This document shows, one piece after another, positions 57,465 through 64,000 of a DNA stretch of 64,000 nt. Numbering within the stretch: the stretch's first letter is position 1; every line of letters begins with the position of its first letter. Below the pieces are notes generated by a model. The model did not search any database and had not been told where the DNA came from. It was given only the letters and a program-made list of their open reading frames with translations. Both the position numbers and the translations under genes were made by a program. The DNA comes from Eledone cirrhosa (lineage: Eukaryota). The stretch is from positions 37,014,001 to 37,078,000 of the forward strand of contig OZ024740.1 of NCBI GenBank assembly GCA_964016885.1, read 5' to 3'.

Positions 57465-57607
57465 TATATATATATATTGTTATACTTTGGGAGGGTCATG
57501 TTGCCAATAAGAAACACACGCACCAGTTGCTTTCACTTCAATTTATTATAATAAATTTATAAATTTAGGAATTTATAAATTTCCGGTTGTTTATATATTC
57601 TCAAAGT

Positions 57608-57640
57608 TCTTTCGTCACACATTCTGTGACCTCTTTGCTA
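57608..57640 (-). other. Degenerate hammerhead-like motif in a short relic (57478-57656) between TA tracts
   Basis: Minus strand reads GCAAAGAG-GUCACA-GAAUG-UGUGAC-GAAA: perfect 6-bp stem II followed by GAAA, but the CUGA box is mutated. Confidence 0.3.
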
Positions 57641-57654
57641 AACAAATTCAGAAA

Positions 57655-57656
<2 letters not shown>

Positions 57657-57706
<50 letters not shown>
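57657..57706. repeat. (TA)n microsatellite
   Basis: Pure TA run. Confidence 0.98.
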
Positions 57707-57708
<2 letters not shown>

Positions 57709-57752
57709 TAAAACATGTCTATAGAATCACCAGATAAATATATATATATATA

Positions 57753-58760
57753 TCATCACAGTTTAACGTCCATTTTTCCATGCTAGCATGGGTTAGATAA
57801 GTTGTCCTGCTGTGAACAATGCCAGGTCAGGTGACCTTGTCTTGCTTATACAGACTGATTTGGGCCTAGTTTCTACAGCTGAAAGCCCTTCCTAGTGCCA
57901 ACCTCATTTACAGTGAATACTGGCTGTTTTTTGTTGTGACACCTACAAGAACATTTTACAGTGTGGACTGGAGGCTTCATTACATGCATGCTTCAGACTG
58001 TCCTTGGAGATGTATGGGAGGGTGAGATGGGGTGGTGCATACTATATATATGCTTCAGCCTATGCACGTGGGAAAATAGGTCTTCTGTGTTACTGCATAA
58101 TGCCAGATATCTTGGCCCTGTATCATCATCTTTGAGAGATGCAATTGACAAGGTCAGCTTTTATCACCTCATCCCAAGTCTTCCTAGGTCTCCCCACACC
58201 AAGGCTTCTATCGTCTTTGAGTGCTCTGCGTCTTTTTAAACAGCTGTCATCCTTCATACGCATCACATGTCCATATCAACATAATCTCCTCTCCTGCACA
58301 CTGCATCTGATTCCTCTTATGCCTAGTTTCTTACTCAGTTCATTTACGCATTGCCGTTCACATAAATTACTATTACACATCCATCAGAGCATGCGAGCTT
58401 TCCAATATATGCAAGTCTTCTGCACACAGCACCCAGTTCTAAATAACATGCAAAATTGCTGTTTGTATGCACACATCATACAGTCTGCTTTTCATTTTGA
58501 GGGGAAAGCCTTTTGTAGTTAACAGTGGTAGTAGCTCCCTGAACTTCTTCCATCCCGTTCTCACTCTGGCTACTGCACTTTCAGAACACTCACTACTATT
58601 TTGGTCACCCAGGTAGCAGAAGCTATCTTCAGCTTCTACCAAGCGTTCCAGGAATTTGGTAGAATTTGTTTCGTGTGGTTGTTTGCTGCTTACTGCCTAA
58701 GTGCAACTGTTACATGTAAAGCCTACATTCTTAGTTAAACTTCCTGAGATCCCACAACGT
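57753..58760 (-). mobile_element. Decayed RTE/BovB-like LINE, 3' portion
   Basis: Minus-strand peptides DSFCYLGD, ARVRTGWKKFRELLPLLTTKGFPLKMKSRLY, YGHVMRM and GRPRKTWDEVIKADL are typical of the RTE C-terminal half, with stops and frameshifts. The 3' end is ...CATGCTAGCATGGAAAAATGGACGTTAAAC(TG/ATG)n. Confidence 0.82.
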
Positions 58761-58834
58761 GTGTATATATATAGTTTCAGAAGATCCTGTTAAGGGTGAA
58801 TGTAGCGATTCTTTGCTTAAACTTTAATCTGTTA

Positions 58835-58839
<5 letters not shown>

Positions 58840-58918
<79 letters not shown>
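58840..58918. repeat. (TA)n microsatellite
   Basis: Pure TA run. Confidence 0.98.
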
Positions 58919-58923
<5 letters not shown>

Positions 58924-58991
58924 CGTAAAATAAGAAAATCCTTTTAAAAAGATTTTTTTTTTTAAATGTTTACTTACTTACTTAAATTTTC

Positions 58992-59073
58992 ACTCCAACT
59001 AATTAGTTTCTGCAATGGGATAAAGACAGTTACGTAATCTAACTGTCGAGAATTCATTGCGTCATCAGGGAGT
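58992..59073 (-). ncRNA. Type I hammerhead ribozyme, copy 1
   Basis: Minus strand reads ACUCC-CUGAUGA-C-GCAAUG..GACAGUUA(GAUUACG)UAACUGUC..CAUUGC-A-GAAA-CUAAUUAG-UU-GGAGU. Stem I is 5 bp (ACUCC/GGAGU), stem II is extended, stem III is palindromic (ACUAAUUAGU). Predicted cut after GUU, between 58997 and 58996. Confidence 0.82.
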
Positions 59074-59545
59074 CTATTCTCAGCTAAGTCTCCAATGCGC
59101 GGACACTGGCGACTCATATAAAAATAATAATAATTCGGTAGATGGAACAGCTAGCGAGGACTGAATTCCATGCACTGAAATCCTCACTGCTTCTAGTCAA
59201 ATGGCCGATTCTAAAGAATCAATCACGTGACACAGAGGCTAGTCAGAAGGAATGGGATGGTAAGATGACAGACGCCTACTAACACCCCCAAAAAAAATTT
59301 TTTTAGAAGTGGTTTTGGCAGGTTTGCTCGACAAATCAGTGATTTGGAGATAAATATAGATAATTTAATATATCAACTAACATAAGCGCACAGATGCACG
59401 CCTATGCCAGCAAATACACAGGTTATGTCATAGTACCTAGGTGGTTCAATGCAGGAGGATGCAGAACAATAATATAAAAGACGTAAAATAAGAAAATCCT
59501 TTTTAAAAAATTTTTTTTAAAAAATTTTTACTTACTTAAATTTTC

Positions 59546-59627
59546 ACTCCAACTAATTAGTTTCTGCAATGGGATAAAGACAGTTACGTAATCTAACTGT
59601 CGAGAATTCATTGCGTCATCAGGGAGT
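59546..59627 (-). ncRNA. Type I hammerhead ribozyme, copy 2
   Basis: Same sequence and fold as copy 1, offset by 554 nt. Confidence 0.82.
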
Positions 59628-59920
59628 CTATTATCAGCTAAGTCTCTAGGCAATGCGCGGACACTGGCGGCTCATAGGAAAAGAAAATGCTGACAATTTT
59701 TTCCCAGTGAAAAATAGTTTAATTAGGAATAAGTATAAATTAGTAATAAGTATTGGTTAGTATTCAGTTTTAGTTTTAAGTTTTTACTGGTTGCGCATTT
59801 CTAATGCTTTTCAAAAATAATTTTGAGATAGAGCGCTCGTGATGTTTGCTCTAATCTGATCAGTTTTGGAAATTCTTCCTGTTTTATGTGAAAAAAGTGG
59901 CTCCAGGGGTATTAAGATTC

Positions 59921-60053
59921 GATTGGTTGTTGAATGTCACGTGAATGAGTACTATAAATTTCGCGCCAATTCGTGTTGCAAAAATTCTTGTAGTCAAAAC
60001 AATTTTGATTGGTCGGTAGATGTCACGTGAATGTTAAAAATTGATTTTGCGCC
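59921..60053. promoter_or_regulatory. Duplicated CCAAT / E-box / E2F-like module (putative pLTR promoter)
   Basis: GATTGG..GTCACGTGA..TTTCGCGCC at 59921-59967 and GATTGG..GTCACGTGA..TTTTGCGCC at 60007-60053, period 86, with diverged spacers. Confidence 0.45.
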
Positions 60054-60130
60054 AAATGTAGGTTTGTCGAAGAGTGTCCTTTTTCGCCTGATTGAAAAGT
60101 CACTGAAAAATAAGTTTATTAAGACAAATA

Positions 60131-60563
<433 letters not shown>

Positions 60564-61011
60564 ATGGACCAATATTTTTGTGATACTGGTAAAAAATGGT
60601 GTACATTATTCGATATTTTCAGTAATTTGCAAAAACGATTCTCTCAAAAGAACATCAAAAACATTAATAATAAAAGGTGTGAAATGATATATAGTATTGT
60701 CATAACACCAAGGTGTGTGTGAGTGTCCAGATTGTACGTACTACAAGGGGCTCTGCCGTATGGGAATACTTGTGTACAAATATGTATGTGCCCATCAGTG
60801 TGCAATGCATGTGTGCGTTTATGTATGTGTGTGTGTCGGCACGTTTATATCTATAAATATCAAAAGGTATGCAAATTTGTGTATATTTTGTGTTGCACCA
60901 TAGAACATGTGTGTTTACGTATGTCATTATGTTTATATGTGGATAGAAATGTATGTAGGATGTATGCTGATGTAGGTATGTATGTTGACGTGTGTATGTT
61001 GTGGGTTCGTC

Positions 61012-62159
61012 TTAGGGAGAAGTGTTTAGACGGGGTCCGTATTTGTTAATAAAGTGAGATTCCTTGCTGATGCGCTGGGTGTTGGTGGCATTATCTTTAA
61101 ATTTGTAGAGGGGAAATATTCTAAAGTTGGGATGATTTTGGGCGGCACAGGTATCAATGTCTTCACTCAGTGGTATTTTTCTGTATTCCCGTATTTTAAT
61201 TTGGGATCTATGGACAGTCATGCGTTGGCGGAGGCTGTTTTTAGTCAGGCCTATGTATTGTTCTCGACAACCTGAGCAAGTTAATACATATATTAGATTT
61301 TCTGATACGCATGTGAAATTGTGTTTTACTATAAAACGTTGTCCATCTTTGAAATAGAATTCCGAATCCTCTATTAGGTTGATGCATATGCCACAGTTGG
61401 GTCTATCGCATTTTTTTACTGTGGGTTTCGTTGTTGTGGTTGGCAGTACTTTCGCATGTGTTAGGATGTTTTTTATTGACTTAGATTGTCTTTTACTCTT
61501 TATGATATCGTGTGTTCGAAGGATTTGGTTCATTCTATGGTCCTTTTTTAACACAGGAATGTTCTGGAGGATGGTGTCAAAGGCCTCATTGTAGAGGGGT
61601 TGTGTGTGGAGATGTATGGAAGAGCATTTAGTTTCGGTTGATTTACTTTAGGGTGTCTAATGTCCTGGGTACTGAGTTTTAGGGCACGTTGGATTCCATT
61701 GTCAATTAGTGATGCAGGGTAGTCCCTGCCTATGAGTGTGTCCTTTAGTTCTTGTAGCCGTAAGTAACAGGTGTTTTTATTGGAGACTATAGTACAGATT
61801 CTCTTGGCTAAGTTGTAGGGAATATTAATTTTAACGTGTCTAGGGTGGCAAGAGTTGAAAGGAAGATATTGCTTGGAGTCTGTGGGCTTGTAGTATATGT
61901 TTGTTTCTATTTTTTTGTTATGAATCTGAGTGAGGATGTCGAGGAAGGGGAGATGTTGATGCCTGTATTCCATCTTAAAGTTAATATTCGTGTTGAGCCC
62001 ATTTATAAGGGTGTGAAATTCTTTAAGTTTCTCGATATTTTCGTGTCAAAGGATGAAGCAATAATCTAGATATCGCTTCCAGTTCTTTTCTATGTATTAG
62101 TGGAGAGTATTTCCAAATTTGTTTAGTACTTTAGTGTAGAGGGTGATTTCCAGGTATCC
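61012..62159 (-). pseudogene. PLE polyprotein remnant: reverse transcriptase C-half/thumb, Cys-rich linker and GIY-YIG endonuclease
   Basis: Manual translation from 62159 gives GYLEITLY...H*YIEKNWKRYLDYCFIL*, in frame with LPFLDI..YYKPTD..YLPFNSCHPRH..NIPY. There is a frameshift near 61595, then KCDRPNCGIC, LIYVLTCSGCREQYIGLT..LRQRMTVH and RISKESHFINKYGPRLN. Stops at 62097-99 and 62046-48; catalytic YLDD has become YLDY. Confidence 0.93.
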
Positions 62160-62603
62160 CACTTTTTTCACATAAAACAGGAAGAATTTCCAAAACTGAT
62201 TAGATTAGAGCAAACATCACGAGCGCTCTATCTCAAAATTATTTTTGAAAACCATTAGAAATGCGCAACCGGTAAAAACTTAAAACTAAAACTGAATACT
62301 AACCAATACTTATTACTAATTTATACTTATTCCTAATTAAACTATTTTTCACTGGGAAAAATTTGTCAGCATTTTCTTTTCCTTTTATTAATATATCACA
62401 ACTCGTGTGTTACACCTCTATTTTTTTAAATATATATATATATATATATATTAAAGAGTTAAACAAGATTCAATGAGTACATCAAAGAATGAATTTTACA
62501 GTAGATTGGAAGCACTCTACAGGAAAGTATTTTCCAGAGTTATTAATATTAAAATACAAATATTAATAAAATAGATGTTCTTTTGATCAATTACATTTTA
62601 TTA

Positions 62604-62643
62604 TACATATTTCAGAGATATAACAGTACGTCCTCATCAGACA
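62604..62643 (-). other. Degenerate hammerhead-like motif, probably from another old PLE terminus
   Basis: Minus strand reads CUGAUGA-GGACGUACUGUUAUAUCUCU-GAAA-UAUG-UA. Core boxes are intact but the stems pair weakly. It lies about 150 nt from a (TA)n tract, like the other copies. Confidence 0.35.
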
Positions 62644-63347
62644 AAATATAATGATACATGACATACCCTGAGATGTTAAATGGTTAATATTTAATCAAGG
62701 TAGTGAATAAGTTATGAGAAAACTCAACATTTATACCCTAATAATTAGAAAATGCGAAAACGTAATAGAATCAATAGAGAAGGTATGAGTAAGAAAACGT
62801 TGCTTTAATGTAACAGTTATAGAGATTTTAAAATGTAGGATACTACTAATTATGATTGTAGAGGAAGACGTGTGTGGAGTTATATTTTATTACAATTTAT
62901 GAAAGCTACCGATAGATAATTAAAGAGTGGGAGAGGTAAAGGGGAGTAATTTGTGCAAAAAAAGATGTTTCCCCATAGAGACTTAGCGGTTAAATTTCAA
63001 AATATTTAATTAATGTTATTTGAGGGTGAAGAATCAAAATTTTAGGTTTAAAAATTGATGGTTATTTATATTAATTTTATAAATTTTATGAAATTTTTTT
63101 AAAGTGTCACATTTCTAAAATTCTGAATTTATGAAAACAAAATTTTAAAGGATTAACTAGGCCCGCGAAAGAATAATATACACTGTTGAATATTCCCCCA
63201 AATGTAATCATTAACAAAATTACCTATAAGAGTGTCAACATTTTCGGTATGTAAAATTTAAGAAGTACTTACTGTTACAAATATCGAAGAATTTATTGTC
63301 GAGTAGATAGATTGTCAAAATATAATGATTAACGCAGAGTTTTCAGC

Positions 63348-63480
<133 letters not shown>

Positions 63481-63577
63481 CATTTATCGTAATAAATTAA
63501 TATTTATTATATTATAATCCTATATTAGTTCTACTTTTAAGGGGAGAATGAACTCTAAATAATTATTAAGTTATTGT

Positions 63578-63580
<3 letters not shown>

Positions 63581-63632
<52 letters not shown>
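63581..63632. repeat. (TA)n microsatellite
   Basis: Pure TA run. Confidence 0.97.
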
Positions 63633-63635
<3 letters not shown>

Positions 63636-63697
63636 TAAGGTAATGAATTCTTTTACAATGGAATCAGCTCGAATGAGGAAAAATATCCCCTGAGCAG

Positions 63698-63969
63698 TAT
63701 ATAAATTAATATGTATGTGATGAAACACAGATACCAACACATCTGTATATATATTGCAAAAGAAAAATTTAGCCAGATTGAAGTATACTAATTATTATAC
63801 TACAGTTTGTCCATATCGATTTAAAATAATAAATCAACGGAGACGATTATTTTAAATCGATATGGACAAACTGTAGTATAATAATTAGTATACTTCAATC
63901 TGGCTAAATTTTTCTTTTGCAATATATATACAGATGTGTTGGTATCTGTGTTTCATCACATACATATTA

Positions 63970-63978
<9 letters not shown>
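63698..63978. repeat. Long palindrome with 133-bp perfect inverted arms and a 15-bp spacer
   Basis: 63698-63830 and 63846-63978 are reverse complements with no mismatch seen. Spacer is AAATCAACGGAGACG. The right arm runs into (TA)n. Confidence 0.95.

Positions 63979-64000
<22 letters not shown>

Larger units (their letters stand above)
58914..59676 (-). repeat. Pair of ~205-bp direct repeats (58914-59118 and 59472-59676), each carrying a hammerhead; pLTR- or retrozyme-like
   Basis: Both copies run from ATATAAAAGACGTAAAATAAGAAAATCC to GGACACTGGCG(A/G)CTCATA and differ by a few substitutions and small indels. Confidence 0.93.

Noticed and set aside
57961-58522. Plus-strand ORFs of 92 and 127 aa
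   Set aside because: They are antisense to, or lie within, the decayed RTE element and have no recognisable domain.
62650-63347. Coding exon or further TE ORF in the AT-rich stretch
   Set aside because: No ORF of useful length or recognisable peptide motif was found by eye, so it is left unannotated.

Overview
Repeat-rich, gene-free eukaryotic (animal) DNA. The repeat types resemble cephalopod/octopus genomes, but that is from recall and unverified. Positions 1-~54010 are one head-to-tail satellite array of a 46-bp AT-rich monomer (TATTATAGAATTGTAGATCAGAGCTGACCTGTGGTTAAACAATATA, about 1,170 copies) with kb-scale internal duplications and distinct variant domains. It is not a CRISPR array. 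The last 10 kb is a patchwork of decayed mobile elements separated by (TA)n tracts: a piggyBac-type MITE, two Penelope-like retroelements (PLEs; one with RT plus GIY-YIG, broken by stops and a frameshift), two RTE-type LINE remnants and a perfect 133-bp-arm palindrome. Most notable are: (i) hammerhead ribozyme motifs, including two identical well-formed type I hammerheads 554 nt apart (retrozyme-like or dimeric arrangement); (ii) an RTE copy with a twin-priming-type 5' inversion inside (TA)n; (iii) a PLE 3' UTR packed with paired ACUAAC motifs; (iv) the coincidence of the PLE inverted-repeat boundary with the ribozyme-repeat boundary. No intact host protein-coding gene is visible. These look like new instances or variants of known element classes; the sequence alone does not establish a wholly new system.
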